DNA from: a virus
Length of the DNA stretch: 64,000 bases
IMG/VR virus record: IMGVR_UViG_3300025436_000002
Coordinates: 64,001-128,000 of that record
Direction: 5' to 3' (one strand)
Both the position numbers and the translations under genes were made by a program. Within the stretch, counting starts at the first letter, position 1. Each line of letters starts with the position of its first letter. Of the stretch, positions 38,350-48,396 are shown piece by piece. The notes beneath the pieces are model-generated. The model was not told where the DNA came from. It searched no databases and was given only the letters and a program-made list of their open reading frames with translations.

Positions 38350-38438
38350 AATGTAACAAAGATATTAAGACAGACTTGAAATATAGTCTGTCTTATGTTA
38401 TTCTAAGTAAGTAAGGTTAATTACTAAGGAGTTACATC
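38350..38438 (+). promoter_or_regulatory. Hairpin-embedded promoter
   Basis: TTGAAA(38376)-17-TATTCT; TAAGACAGACT/AGTCTGTCTTA. Confidence 0.75.
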
Positions 38439-38612
38439 ATGAGTTTTGAAATAAGTATTGAACCTAGGTGTGGAGTCTATGGAGTCGCTCATGTATTTGA
38501 TAAGACTCGTAACTTAGAGAGAGCTATCGAAAGTTGTGTCCTTAACAATAGAAATGAACTTACAACTATAAAGAAGAAGTACAACTGTAAAGATCATAAG
38601 TGGCAGGCATGA
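38439..38612 (+). CDS. Small hypothetical protein (57 aa, not in ORF track)
   Basis: MSFEISIEPRC...KKKYNCKDHKWQA*; RBS after promoter. Confidence 0.55.
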   Translation: MSFEISIEPRCGVYGVAHVFDKTRNLERAIESCVLNNRNELTTIKKKYNCKDHKWQA

Positions 38613-38692
38613 ATAAAGAGTATATAGCACTAACCTTAGACAAGGGCAAAGTAAGGTACAAATTCTTAATGTCTCAGGAGTTATTAAAATGA
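38609..38692 (+). CDS. 27-aa 'empty' tag-family mini-gene
   Basis: MNKEYIALTLDKGKVRYKFLMSQELLK*, ATGA-coupled on both sides. Confidence 0.65.
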   Translation: MNKEYIALTLDKGKVRYKFLMSQELLK

Positions 38693-38789
38693 TATCATAC
38701 GTTAATCCTTATACACCTATTGATGAAGATACTGAATACAAAGGTATATCCTATTCTGGAACAAAGATACCTAAGAGTAGGTATTCTGT

Positions 38790-39020
38790 ATGATTATAAA
38801 AGGGGAAGAGATAATAGCTGCACTCATCAACCCTGAGAGTACAACATGGGCATTCTTATACTTCTGGTCTCATGATAAGTTGTGTTATTGGGATAGTACT
38901 ATGTCATTTAATACTAGCCGATTCAGGACTCTCGAGGGGTTATCTATGGATAACCCTCACTATACATCAGACATGCAAAAGATTAGTAAGTTTTTAATGA
39001 CAAAGGAGTTATTAAAGTGA
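38790..39020 (+). CDS. KYLMxxELLK-tag family protein
   Basis: Ends ISKFLMTKELLK. Confidence 0.8.
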   Translation: MIIKGEEIIAALINPESTTWAFLYFWSHDKLCYWDSTMSFNTSRFRTLEGLSMDNPHYTSDMQKISKFLMTKELLK

Positions 39021-39319
39021 ATAAAACATATGTAGCCATCTTAGATAAATCATATTATGATTGTATTTATGTATTCTATTTCTATTCTAAGAAAGAAGTA
39101 TTAGTACCTTCAGGCGTTCTTATGTATGATTCATATAATAGACATACTAATAGATGTATTGATGGGAATATTTGGAGAGGGTTAGTATTAAAGTTAACTA
39201 GAGAAGCGTGGCTAAGGCAACTAAAACATGACTACAATGCTGACGACAGTACTCTTACTGATATTGACACACAGAATGATGTAGATAAATTTCTTATGGT
39301 AATAGAGTTACTAAAGTAA
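39017..39319 (+). CDS. KYLMxxELLK-tag family protein
   Basis: MNKTYVAI...DVDKFLMVIELLK. Confidence 0.8.
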   Translation: MNKTYVAILDKSYYDCIYVFYFYSKKEVLVPSGVLMYDSYNRHTNRCIDGNIWRGLVLKLTREAWLRQLKHDYNADDSTLTDIDTQNDVDKFLMVIELLK

Positions 39320-39438
39320 TGTAACAAACATGCCTGCAAAGGATTGAACTCTCTTCTGACATGTGCTAGTATAATTATATAAGATTGAATGTAAGGAGAT
39401 ATTGAAATGGTAGAGAAGAAATTACTAACAAGTTAGGT

Positions 39439-40050
39439 GTGGAATTAAATTTCATATCTTATTTTTTCGTAGGGGATTGTTCCTTGTGGGGAGTGGCCTA
39501 CATATACTTCGATGGCAAAGACATACGAGCCTATAGCCCGAAAAGGGGTACTGCCATGTATGGATCAGACTGTATACTCAGTGCCTATCCTGAGGAATGG
39601 GATTATAGAGAAATAAAGTACATAACATCTTATGGCGTTTCTAAAAAAGAAGTGGAAGATTTTATATCCAATTCTTCCGAAGACCTCGACGAAACTAAAG
39701 AATTCCTAGTAAAGCATGGGATAGTATGTTCGGATACAATAAGAGCTGATCTAGCTAGTCGAATAGGTATAGGTAGAAAATATGTACCTCTCACCATTGA
39801 TGAACTTGTAGATAAGTTATACAGTATCTTAGAGTCAAAGAATGTAGAATTATCTCGAGAAACTGAACTATCCCAAGTATATAATAAAACTGATAAGAGT
39901 CGTCTGGTAGACAGTACTATTGGGAATATACTGTACGAGGATGATTATAACGGATTTAAGAAACTTAGTAACGACTTAGGATGGTTACTAGATTCAGACT
40001 ATGGAAATACATCAGTATGTCTATATACTGATACAAATCTAAACGTATAG
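39439..40050 (+). CDS. Hypothetical protein (start uncertain)
   Basis: Long ORF after promoter 39344-39372. Confidence 0.55.
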   Translation: MELNFISYFFVGDCSLWGVAYIYFDGKDIRAYSPKRGTAMYGSDCILSAYPEEWDYREIKYITSYGVSKKEVEDFISNSSEDLDETKEFLVKHGIVCSDTIRADLASRIGIGRKYVPLTIDELVDKLYSILESKNVELSRETELSQVYNKTDKSRLVDSTIGNILYEDDYNGFKKLSNDLGWLLDSDYGNTSVCLYTDTNLNV

Positions 40051-40122
40051 GAAGATAAGGGTTGACCTATCTTTGGGCGTGTGTTAGTATAATTATAGAT
40101 TAGATATAAGAAAGAGGTTGCA

Positions 40123-40560
40123 ATGTTTAAAAATTTTAAGAAGCTGTTGAACTGTCAGAGGGAGATACCTAAATCCGAAGTAATACCAATAATGAGTTCT
40201 GAGGAAGAAAAAACTCAGGAGATTTGTGAAGAGCTTGTGAAATTAATGTACCGTATTCTAGAAAGTAACTTCCTTACAGATGAAATGAATAGAGAATACT
40301 TAGCCTTGTGGACTCCCATCACCCCAGATTCGAAATTTTCTAATTCTGAAGAGTACTACATCTTCTACCACTACCGTAAAAATTTAGGATACGATAGGTA
40401 TTCCAAAGGAGTTAAAGTGTCTACTGATAATAAATGGAAGACAGTTAAGGGGAATTGTTTAGATTATTTAAGGGATTACCTTGGGGAGGATAATATTACT
40501 CCCATAGAATCTCTTAAGGATGTCGATAAGTACCTAATGACGTGGGAGTTATTAAGGTGA
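40123..40560 (+). CDS. KYLMxxELLK-tag family protein with N-terminal extension
   Basis: Internal MNREYLAL; ends DVDKYLMTWELLR. Confidence 0.8.
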   Translation: MFKNFKKLLNCQREIPKSEVIPIMSSEEEKTQEICEELVKLMYRILESNFLTDEMNREYLALWTPITPDSKFSNSEEYYIFYHYRKNLGYDRYSKGVKVSTDNKWKTVKGNCLDYLRDYLGEDNITPIESLKDVDKYLMTWELLR

Positions 40561-40814
40561 ATGAATGTGTTGCTGTATCCTATAATGAAGATTGTGTTAT
40601 AAAATACTACTACCTACAACTATGTGGTAGAATGGAACTTGTCTATGATGTTATTCAGAGGGATTCATCCTCACCTAAAAGCCATGTTACCTCAAGAAGA
40701 TGTCATACTACTTTAACTGAGGAACTTGATAGAGATAAATTTTGCGAGTATACTATAGTAACGGACAAGAAGGGGATACTCTTGAAACTTATGGAATTGG
40801 AGTTAATGAGATGA
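40557..40814 (+). CDS. KYLMxxELLK-tag family protein (divergent tag)
   Basis: Ends TDKKGILLKLMELELMR. Confidence 0.7.
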   Translation: MNECVAVSYNEDCVIKYYYLQLCGRMELVYDVIQRDSSSPKSHVTSRRCHTTLTEELDRDKFCEYTIVTDKKGILLKLMELELMR

Positions 40815-41080
40815 GTAGATACAAAACTATTGAGGTGTCTGACATAGTAGCCTTATCTTACAAAGCTACTTCAATGTTTATCTATGGATATTCTAAAGAG
40901 AGTAGTAGACTTCTTGTTCAGCATAGATCCTACGAAGATGGTGGAAGATCTTTAGCTATAGTGGAAATCAGTTTATCATTAGCCCACAACTTAACTCTGG
41001 ATATATCACAGGGTTACTCGACTACTAAAGACCCAAAGGAGATCGCTAAGATATTAATGACGTGGGAGTTACTAAAATGA
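40811..41080 (+). CDS. KYLMxxELLK-tag family protein
   Basis: Ends KDPKEIAKILMTWELLK. Confidence 0.8.
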   Translation: MSRYKTIEVSDIVALSYKATSMFIYGYSKESSRLLVQHRSYEDGGRSLAIVEISLSLAHNLTLDISQGYSTTKDPKEIAKILMTWELLK

Positions 41081-41364
41081 ATAGAAAGTACATATGCCTA
41101 TATAAACAATCTCATGGATATTATGTTCTATACCGATATCCAGATTCTGAAACAGTCTATTTTGATTGTTATGATAATGACTTTAAAATTGAAGTTAAGA
41201 AGATACCCAGCAGTGCTAGGATAACTCTAGGTACTCATGGAGAAGAATATGTCCAACTCAATAGATCAAACTTAGAATCTTATGATGATCCAGATTTATT
41301 AATTCCTATTAGAAGTAAATCAGATTTGGATAAGTATTTTATGGTAGAGGAGTTGCTAAGGTAA
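41077..41364 (+). CDS. KYLMxxELLK-tag family protein
   Basis: MNRKYICL...DLDKYFMVEELLR. Confidence 0.8.
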   Translation: MNRKYICLYKQSHGYYVLYRYPDSETVYFDCYDNDFKIEVKKIPSSARITLGTHGEEYVQLNRSNLESYDDPDLLIPIRSKSDLDKYFMVEELLR

Positions 41365-41417
41365 CGGAGATTAAATTTATATTATAAGCACATAGAGGAT
41401 TACGTAGGAAGGTAGCA

Positions 41418-41774
41418 ATGATAAAAAATATAAGACAGCTAGTGGAAGATGCTACAAACAAGCTAGATGCCAAGAGAGTGGCTAAGATGAGTTCATCTGA
41501 GAGAGAAAATTATTTCCATGATGAGGATAGAGTATATGATGACCTACCTCAGATGCTTGATGATGTTTTTGTAAATGATAAATTTGGATTTGTTCGAGTA
41601 TTCGACAATGGAGTTATGCGGGCATGTGGAGTCTTTGATCTTACCACTTCTGCAATCCAAGTAACGCCTAAATTAGTTTTAAATAAACTCCTCATTAAAT
41701 ATCCTAAGGCTACATTTGTGTACACGGATTATCCTTCCAATAATTTTAGGACACTTGATCTGATAGAAGTATAA
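41418..41774 (+). CDS. Hypothetical protein preceded by TTTATATTATAA motif
   Basis: ORF with RBS. Confidence 0.55.
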   Translation: MIKNIRQLVEDATNKLDAKRVAKMSSSERENYFHDEDRVYDDLPQMLDDVFVNDKFGFVRVFDNGVMRACGVFDLTTSAIQVTPKLVLNKLLIKYPKATFVYTDYPSNNFRTLDLIEV

Positions 41775-41864
41775 CAATAACTTAATAAATATTAAAAGCA
41801 GACTTGTAATATAGTCTGCTTTGTGCTATACTATAATTAATATTATATTTAAAGGGTGAGATAA
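41772..41864 (+). promoter_or_regulatory. Hairpin-embedded promoter
   Basis: TTGTAA(41804)-17-TATACT; AAAGCAGACT/AGTCTGCTTT. Confidence 0.75.
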
Positions 41865-42176
41865 ATGTTACTACTCGAGACAGGTATGATGAAATACAAT
41901 ATGACAGAAGTAGTCGCTATTCTAGCAGTAGAAGGAGATACCTCTTATATTGAATACTTCTGGACAGGATCTATTTTGAGTAGCAGGGTAAATATACCTC
42001 CCAGATATATAGGGATACCTACTAGATCTACCAATACTACATACACATGCGAGGTTAATACTTTAGAAGAGTTAGAGCATCGGGAGATGGTAACATCAAA
42101 GAACAAATATAAAGTATTTATCAAAGGAGTTCACTCAGTCAATAAGTATCTTATGATGAAGGAATTACTCAAATGA
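41865..42176 (+). CDS. KYLMxxELLK-tag family protein
   Basis: Ends SVNKYLMMKELLK. Confidence 0.8.
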   Translation: MLLLETGMMKYNMTEVVAILAVEGDTSYIEYFWTGSILSSRVNIPPRYIGIPTRSTNTTYTCEVNTLEELEHREMVTSKNKYKVFIKGVHSVNKYLMMKELLK

Positions 42177-42481
42177 ATAAAAGTGTCTCAAAGATTTATA
42201 CACATTGTTACGGTGATGACAAACTAATAGCCATAGCTGAATTTACAACGAGGTCAATTGGCAGTAATATTCTTTATAGGTATTGGTACATGAGTAGTAA
42301 CTTACTTAGTAATAATACTCTTAACACTTCATACCTTGAGAGAAGCGAGTATGGTCATTTATTGGATATTCAATCAGACTTTGAACAAGTTAGAAGCGAA
42401 GTAGCTAGATACTCAGGGAGGTTGATAACTGATCAGAAAGCTCTAGATAAACATATGATGATGAGAGAGTTATTAAAATGA
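42173..42481 (+). CDS. KYLMxxELLK-tag family protein
   Basis: Ends ALDKHMMMRELLK. Confidence 0.8.
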   Translation: MNKSVSKIYTHCYGDDKLIAIAEFTTRSIGSNILYRYWYMSSNLLSNNTLNTSYLERSEYGHLLDIQSDFEQVRSEVARYSGRLITDQKALDKHMMMRELLK

Positions 42482-42819
42482 AAATAAAAGAGTTATTACT
42501 AGATTTTATAATACTACTTAATGTATTAGTACTGCCTACCCTGCTTCCAGAGATGTGTTGGATGAAAGTATGCTTTGAAGAATTCAATTATAGTCATCCC
42601 TTAATATCATGGCTAACCATGATAATTCCAGTTGTCGTATATTTCAAGGTTGCCTCATTCCTACTCCCTAAATTTATACTGTACGTATTTCCGAAAAGAT
42701 TTTTAGACTCTAATTTAGAAGCTAGATATGGAACTCTGACAGATGAACAAGCTACAGTATTTATAGTTTTACTTATAGGTATTGGACTCATATTTGCTTT
42801 AATTAATTTATATATTTAA
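42478..42819 (+). CDS. Multi-pass membrane protein
   Basis: Three hydrophobic segments. Confidence 0.6.
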   Translation: MKIKELLLDFIILLNVLVLPTLLPEMCWMKVCFEEFNYSHPLISWLTMIIPVVVYFKVASFLLPKFILYVFPKRFLDSNLEARYGTLTDEQATVFIVLLIGIGLIFALINLYI

Positions 42820-42831
42820 GGAGTTACTAAT

Positions 42832-43071
42832 ATGAAATGTAAAATTATCGCAATAGTTTTGATTAAGGAAAGTCGTAGAGTTACTAGACTATATTTTATG
42901 GATGAAAATTCCACACTATGCTATGTACATCCATGGCTACCAACTCGATTTATAAGTGCATGTAGGGATTTAAAATCATTATCTAAGATCTTTCATAGTC
43001 CAGACACGGAGTTAATTATAGATAAAAATAAAATTAACAAGTATATTATGGCACAGGGGTTATTGAAATGA
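42832..43071 (+). CDS. KYLMxxELLK-tag family protein
   Basis: Ends INKYIMAQGLLK. Confidence 0.8.
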   Translation: MKCKIIAIVLIKESRRVTRLYFMDENSTLCYVHPWLPTRFISACRDLKSLSKIFHSPDTELIIDKNKINKYIMAQGLLK

Positions 43072-43301
43072 TGGAATATGTAGCCCTAGTTCTTATAAAT
43101 AATGTACTAGAATTAGGGTATTTTTATCAGGAAGATAGGCTTTGTTATAGTTACTTTAATGGTTGCGGTTTCTATTATATCAGTCGTCACATCACATTAG
43201 AGACGTGTCTAAAAAATAGTTCTAAATTTTTAGGGTACTCAGTAGTAACGGATATAAAATGCATGAATAAACATCTTATGGCACAGGAGTTATTGAAATG
43301 A
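43068..43301 (+). CDS. KYLMxxELLK-tag family protein
   Basis: MMEYVAL...MNKHLMAQELLK. Confidence 0.8.
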   Translation: MMEYVALVLINNVLELGYFYQEDRLCYSYFNGCGFYYISRHITLETCLKNSSKFLGYSVVTDIKCMNKHLMAQELLK

Positions 43302-43552
43302 TGGAATATGTAGCTCTTGAGATAACTAAATATGCATGGATTAAAAATTTGATAAGTTACTATGCATTAGACGTGAGTGGAGTATTGCATTTTAAACCTG
43401 ATGACTGGAATCTCTACAGACCGAGTAATCTAACTTTAGAAGAGTTATTAGAACTACATAAACCCGAGGGTATCAGATCAGAGTATTCTTACCTAATAAC
43501 TGATAAAAAAGAGATAGCTAAATACTTAATGACGAGAGAGTTATTGAAATGA
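43298..43552 (+). CDS. KYLMxxELLK-tag family protein
   Basis: MMEYVAL...EIAKYLMTRELLK. Confidence 0.8.
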   Translation: MMEYVALEITKYAWIKNLISYYALDVSGVLHFKPDDWNLYRPSNLTLEELLELHKPEGIRSEYSYLITDKKEIAKYLMTRELLK

Positions 43553-43971
43553 TGATTAGTTTTATAATAGGTTCCCTATGGCTTATATTTATATGGAAGA
43601 TTTGGACTCTGTTCCGAGATCAACCTGTTGAAGAGTCCGTTAGATTCCCTAAGGAAATTTGGAATTGGCAAGGGGGCTTTAGATCAGATTGTGGAGATAC
43701 TCCTTTCTGTATTGGATACCTAGATAAAGGTATTCTAGCTAATGGGGAGTGGAGTACTGCTGTGTTCTTTAAACTATGGTTCGAAGAAGGGACTAAAACG
43801 TATTGGGGCTCTTTCTTGCACATGGGACATCACATGATAGTTAGATCATTAACTGATGACTATAACGAAATACTCTTGGATGCTCGGAGTAAAGTGGGTT
43901 CTGATTTAAAGTTTGTTGAAGGTACCCGAGAAGTAGGTAGATTCTTAATGACACAGGAGTTACTTAGATGA
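43549..43971 (+). CDS. KYLMxxELLK-tag family protein with N-terminal membrane anchor
   Basis: ISFIIGSLWLIFIW; ends EVGRFLMTQELLR. Confidence 0.78.
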   Translation: MMISFIIGSLWLIFIWKIWTLFRDQPVEESVRFPKEIWNWQGGFRSDCGDTPFCIGYLDKGILANGEWSTAVFFKLWFEEGTKTYWGSFLHMGHHMIVRSLTDDYNEILLDARSKVGSDLKFVEGTREVGRFLMTQELLR

Positions 43972-44213
43972 ATAGAGAATATATAGCTCTAAGCTATTCA
44001 GAAGATTCTAATCCATTCTTGATTAAATATTACTGGGATGGGGATACTCTTATGTTTGAATTAGGAAGAGATGACTCTATAAAAGAAATCTGGAAATCTA
44101 GGAGTAATAAACTAGATATTGAATTGTCTAGGGATACTGTGTCAGGTTATAAAACTATATGGAATCCTACAGAAGTGGCTAAGTACTTAATGACTCTGGA
44201 GTTACTAAAATGA
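43968..44213 (+). CDS. KYLMxxELLK-tag family protein
   Basis: MNREYIALS...EVAKYLMTLELLK. Confidence 0.8.
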   Translation: MNREYIALSYSEDSNPFLIKYYWDGDTLMFELGRDDSIKEIWKSRSNKLDIELSRDTVSGYKTIWNPTEVAKYLMTLELLK

Positions 44214-44512
44214 ATAAAAGATATGTAGCCCTTCGGGATACTGGTGCATCTCTTCACGAATATATTCGTGATGGAGTAGTCATTAGGACTTTCTATTACC
44301 AAGTCTCTCAAAAGCATATACTTCTTACTGATATCTACTACGGGGGAATACTTAAAACTGATGGGGAGATATTTACTGAATTGACAAAGGCACCTAAAAG
44401 TTGGTATGTATACCTTACAGATAAATACTATTGGGATGTTGAGACTATTATAAAAGTGTCCAGTAGCTTAGAAATTAATAAGTATCTAATGGTTAAGGAA
44501 TTATTACGATAA
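44210..44512 (+). CDS. KYLMxxELLK-tag family protein
   Basis: MNKRYVAL...EINKYLMVKELLR. Confidence 0.8.
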   Translation: MNKRYVALRDTGASLHEYIRDGVVIRTFYYQVSQKHILLTDIYYGGILKTDGEIFTELTKAPKSWYVYLTDKYYWDVETIIKVSSSLEINKYLMVKELLR

Positions 44513-44518
44513 TTTAAC

Positions 44519-44587
44519 GCATCTATTGACTTTATATTTATAAGATGCTATTATTAATATGTAAGGTTAATTAAAGGAGATACAACT
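44519..44587 (+). promoter_or_regulatory. Sigma70-type promoter with short inverted repeat
   Basis: TTGACT(44526)-17-TATTAT; GCATCT/AGATGC; GTAAGGTTAATTAAAGGAG leader. Confidence 0.7.
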
Positions 44588-45064
44588 ATGTTAAGATTTA
44601 GATTAGACGGGGATATACTTATAACTACTGAATCTTCTGGAGGATTCTTTTATAGTGAACCTCGTAATTTTTATTGTGATATTAAAGAGTGGGTACGTTT
44701 TGAAGTCAACAGTAAAGATGGTAAACGATTTGCTATCCAAAAAGTTCGTGAGGATGATAAACCTAGATACTTAGCCAATGTTGAGAGAGCACATATTCAA
44801 GCTCGTGAGGATGCTGAGAGTGCAAGAATAGCTGAGATACGTACTAAAGAATTTGAAGCTCACGAAAGACTCTATAAGAATGTTAACAGGGAGCTTGAGA
44901 GTTATAAAGACAGTGTAGAACACTTAGACAATTATGGTGATCTAATTAATAAGAAGAACATAGAAGTTAATTGTAAATATGAAGTATACGGTTATAAATA
45001 TGTTGATGGAAGACCTTTTCATAATACCGAAAGAGGCATGAGTAACATAGCTAAATATTTTTAA
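44588..45064 (+). CDS. Hypothetical protein (paralog of 58577)
   Basis: Shared FRLDG..TTE, YCD..W, CKYE.YGY...PFHNT..G..NI. Confidence 0.65.
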   Translation: MLRFRLDGDILITTESSGGFFYSEPRNFYCDIKEWVRFEVNSKDGKRFAIQKVREDDKPRYLANVERAHIQAREDAESARIAEIRTKEFEAHERLYKNVNRELESYKDSVEHLDNYGDLINKKNIEVNCKYEVYGYKYVDGRPFHNTERGMSNIAKYF

Positions 45065-45076
45065 GGAGACGAAAAC

Positions 45077-45310
45077 ATGAACGCTTATAGTAAATATTGT
45101 ACTAACTGTTCTTATAAGAAAACTACGCCAGGTTTCGGAGACCCTCATGAATGTGCTACATGTCAAGTGAACATGCAGTACCCTAAAACAATTTTATGTG
45201 ATGAGTGTGGGAAAGCCATAACAAAGAATAATAAGAAGAATCTAACTGAATCCACCTGTGATGCTTGTATACCTGAGAAGTATCTAAAATTTTTAAAAAA
45301 AGTAGATTAA
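45077..45310 (+). CDS. Multi-CxxC zinc-binding small protein
   Basis: Four CxxC pairs. Confidence 0.6.
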   Translation: MNAYSKYCTNCSYKKTTPGFGDPHECATCQVNMQYPKTILCDECGKAITKNNKKNLTESTCDACIPEKYLKFLKKVD

Positions 45311-45333
45311 TAAAATTATAAGGAGACAAAACA

Positions 45334-45546
45334 ATGGAAAGAATTCCTCAATCAGAAGTTGATAAGTTCCAGAGAGCTGGGAAGAAGTACCAAGTTGTAG
45401 TAAAGACTGAAAATGGTGTAGAGTCCCCAATAGAGAAACCATATCCAGATATGGATGGAGCTAGAGCATGTATAACCTTCATAGAGGATTACGCCAGAGA
45501 AAATAATCCTGATCGTGTATTATCATTTTATATTAAGGAGGTATAA
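45334..45546 (+). CDS. Hypothetical protein
   Basis: GGAG RBS. Confidence 0.55.
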   Translation: MERIPQSEVDKFQRAGKKYQVVVKTENGVESPIEKPYPDMDGARACITFIEDYARENNPDRVLSFYIKEV

Positions 45547-45550
45547 TTAT

Positions 45551-45739
45551 ATGAATACATTAGTACACATATCCCTAATAGCATTAGCTATGATTTCTAT
45601 GACAGGACTTGGGGGTCTCATAAGCTTTCAATTAGGATACAATTATAGAAAACTCGGAATTCCTTTAACTTTCTTACTTTTTGGGGTAGATTTGTTTCTA
45701 CTTCTCACATCTTTACATTACATTGAAAGTTTAATTTAA
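45551..45739 (+). CDS. Small two-pass membrane protein
   Basis: Two hydrophobic segments; GGAGG RBS. Confidence 0.5.
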   Translation: MNTLVHISLIALAMISMTGLGGLISFQLGYNYRKLGIPLTFLLFGVDLFLLLTSLHYIESLI

Positions 45740-45750
45740 AGGAGACTTAT

Positions 45751-47094
45751 ATGAGTACAGATATTAAACCCTTAAACAGTGTTACTTATTTTACAAAAGA
45801 GTCTGAGGATAGAGCTTTGAAGACTCATTACGGAGTTTCCCTTATGGGTTACATCCTAAAACTATTAGGAAGAAATGCAAAGTATGTAAAGGCTAGGGCA
45901 TCTGAATTAGAACTTGATACTGGAATAAAATATGAACTAGAAATAGAAGATTATGCTAAGATAAAAAGCGTAAAACCTATGGGAACTTCCCTAGCTCCAT
46001 ACAAAGCATGCTTACCTGAACTTAGAACATCGTTACTATACGACGCTATCTGGAAGGTCCAGAATGACAGTATTCGAGATAAACTTCTTGAAGATATAAG
46101 GGAAGACCTTTACGGAGAATCTAAGTATGTAGGAGAAACTATTCCAGTTAAAGTTAATAAGGAGACAGAAGTGAACTATCAAGAAAAAGAAGACATACTT
46201 AATAAGTACCTAAGGGAAGTTATAAATAATCAAGATTCTGAGGTTTCTACACTAAAAGTTAAGGAGAATATTTACCTAAGTAGTAAGCCGACCCTTGAGC
46301 ATATCCAAGCTAAAATAATCTCTCAACTAAGTCTAGGGGGAGTACTGGCAGGAGTACTTCAAAGAAGTGTATGCGACAGAGCAGGATGCTCTAAAACAAG
46401 ATACTACATGGCGTTAAATGGCTTAGGCTCTCTGATAGTTAAGAAACTGAGCAAGTCTGGGAGTGTTAATGTAGTACTTATGAGAATGCCTTCCGTAGAA
46501 ACTTCGGGTAATGAGGAGAAAACAATGATTAAAGATATGGTAGAGGAACGTATTGAACGAGAGATACTAGAACAACTTAAACAAGGTGAGATGCTTTCTA
46601 GTACTTTAAGAGAGAAGGTAACTAAGAAATTAGATGTATCAGATCCTAGATTTTATGCATCTTTGAAAAATCTAGGCTTACTTGTCAGTGTGAGGCAAGA
46701 GGGGTCTAAAAAGTATAGATGTCTGTCCAGTGGTATTGAAGAGAAGGCTACGGAGCAACCTGTTATCTTTAAAATTGAAGAAGTTGTGAAACCTACGATC
46801 ATTAAGAGTTCTACAGTAAATCCTAACGAATATGGAGTAGAAGTCAGTATCATAGGATCAGACGTAGTCATTCAAAAATCTCCTACTGGGAGGGAACTTA
46901 CATCAGTAGAGGTAGCTCCTTCTCAAGCCCAAGTTACCACATATAAAGTAAAACAAGGAGACTTCCAAGCGTTTGCTCATGATAACTTAGAAGTGGCAAA
47001 AGGGTATGGAATGTGTTTAAGAGACCGAGGTTGGTCAGCAGTTCAGATATTCAAGGAAGTAGTTATCAAGACATCAGAAGTAGTAGAATTTTAG
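45751..47094 (+). CDS. Hypothetical protein with two related winged-helix-like segments
   Basis: IISQLSLGGVLAGVLQRSV..RYYMALNGLG / ILEQLKQGEMLSSTLREKV..RFYASLKNLG. Confidence 0.5.
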   Translation: MSTDIKPLNSVTYFTKESEDRALKTHYGVSLMGYILKLLGRNAKYVKARASELELDTGIKYELEIEDYAKIKSVKPMGTSLAPYKACLPELRTSLLYDAIWKVQNDSIRDKLLEDIREDLYGESKYVGETIPVKVNKETEVNYQEKEDILNKYLREVINNQDSEVSTLKVKENIYLSSKPTLEHIQAKIISQLSLGGVLAGVLQRSVCDRAGCSKTRYYMALNGLGSLIVKKLSKSGSVNVVLMRMPSVETSGNEEKTMIKDMVEERIEREILEQLKQGEMLSSTLREKVTKKLDVSDPRFYASLKNLGLLVSVRQEGSKKYRCLSSGIEEKATEQPVIFKIEEVVKPTIIKSSTVNPNEYGVEVSIIGSDVVIQKSPTGRELTSVEVAPSQAQVTTYKVKQGDFQAFAHDNLEVAKGYGMCLRDRGWSAVQIFKEVVIKTSEVVEF

Positions 47095-47336
47095 AAAGGA
47101 CAGTAAGCATGAACGACAAAATATTAGAAATGATAAAAATATTATCAGGGTATGTAACTCCCCCCATATGACTGTGTTGCAACGTCTTTTATACACCTAG
47201 AAGTAGACGGAGTTAGTGTACTCTTATCCGAAATGGATGTGACGTATTCTAAGGGGATACATATAACATTAAAGGGGCTGACTCCTAAGATTAGTAAGAA
47301 GAGTACAACTGTATTTATTGACAATGATTAAAGACT

Positions 47337-47424
47337 TGTAACAATGCCTTAACACATGACTTGACTTAGCTTGAGTCATGTGTTACCATATACATGTAAG
47401 GTTAATTTATAAGGAGCTGTTGGC
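47337..47424 (+). promoter_or_regulatory. Hairpin-embedded promoter
   Basis: TAACACATGACT/AGTCATGTGTTA; TTGACT(47361)-17-TACCAT. Confidence 0.72.
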
Positions 47425-47740
47425 ATGTGTAGATACAATTACAAAAGTGAGTTAACCACTGTAAAGTACTCTGGAGCTAAGAGTAGATCATATGGTGGGG
47501 AGAGAATCTTAATAAAAACTGAGTCATCTGAGAAAATAAACACGACTGGTATTAAGCTACCTTCGTTGAGTAAGCCTAAAGGAGTTTTATAATGTTTGAT
47601 ACAGAACTGGCTTGTCATTATTTAATGACTATGGGAATGGCAAGAGAGTGCCTAATGAATCTATCTGACCCAGACAATGTAACATTTATAAATGATAAAT
47701 TCTTTAATATTTATGTAGGGATGTTGGGGAGTGACTGTAT

Positions 47741-48010
47741 TTGAAGGATAAAGAATACTTATTTAAACAATACTTTCCTGCCCCCAAGTATACTACTTAC
47801 TATTTTGTATTAGGGGGTAAGCTTATGGCGGAGAGAAGATATGCTAGTAGACGAAGCCCTGAGACCTACGAGTGTGGTCTTAAGTTAAGCCAGTTATATT
47901 TTTGTGAGGGAGATACTAATTTATATTTTTGTGTGGGAGATATTAATTCCGAGATATTAAATGAATCTTTATTAAATAGATACCTAATGCTAGAGGAGTT
48001 GAGTAAGTGA
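47741..48010 (+). CDS. KYLMxxELLK-tag family protein
   Basis: Ends LLNRYLMLEELSK. Confidence 0.78.
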   Translation: MKDKEYLFKQYFPAPKYTTYYFVLGGKLMAERRYASRRSPETYECGLKLSQLYFCEGDTNLYFCVGDINSEILNESLLNRYLMLEELSK

Positions 48011-48291
48011 ATCTTAAGTGTAATAACTTTTTAAAATATTTCGGAACTATCAAAAATTCAAGAATAGGTGACATTACTATACTCGGTTATGCGAGGAATC
48101 TTGGATGTCTCCATGGAAGTTTTTCCGAAATGTATCTGAGGAGATATGGGGATACTCTCCTTGATAGTAAGGAAGCACTTCCTGTATCTTTTAATGATGT
48201 AGAGGTACGTTCTTTCATGGGGGTCAGTTGTAATGATTTCGATATTCAAGAGGTTATGAAGTATTCAATTATGTTGGAGCTATTGAGATGA
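48007..48291 (+). CDS. KYLMxxELLK-tag family protein
   Basis: Ends EVMKYSIMLELLR. Confidence 0.72.
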   Translation: MNLKCNNFLKYFGTIKNSRIGDITILGYARNLGCLHGSFSEMYLRRYGDTLLDSKEALPVSFNDVEVRSFMGVSCNDFDIQEVMKYSIMLELLR

Positions 48292-48396
48292 TTAAGAAGC
48301 ACCTATCCATGCAGACTGGGCAAGCTCCTAAGGATTCAAAGTTTACTTGGATAATTTATATAGCTCAACCTTTCATTCATGGAGAATATTTAATGG

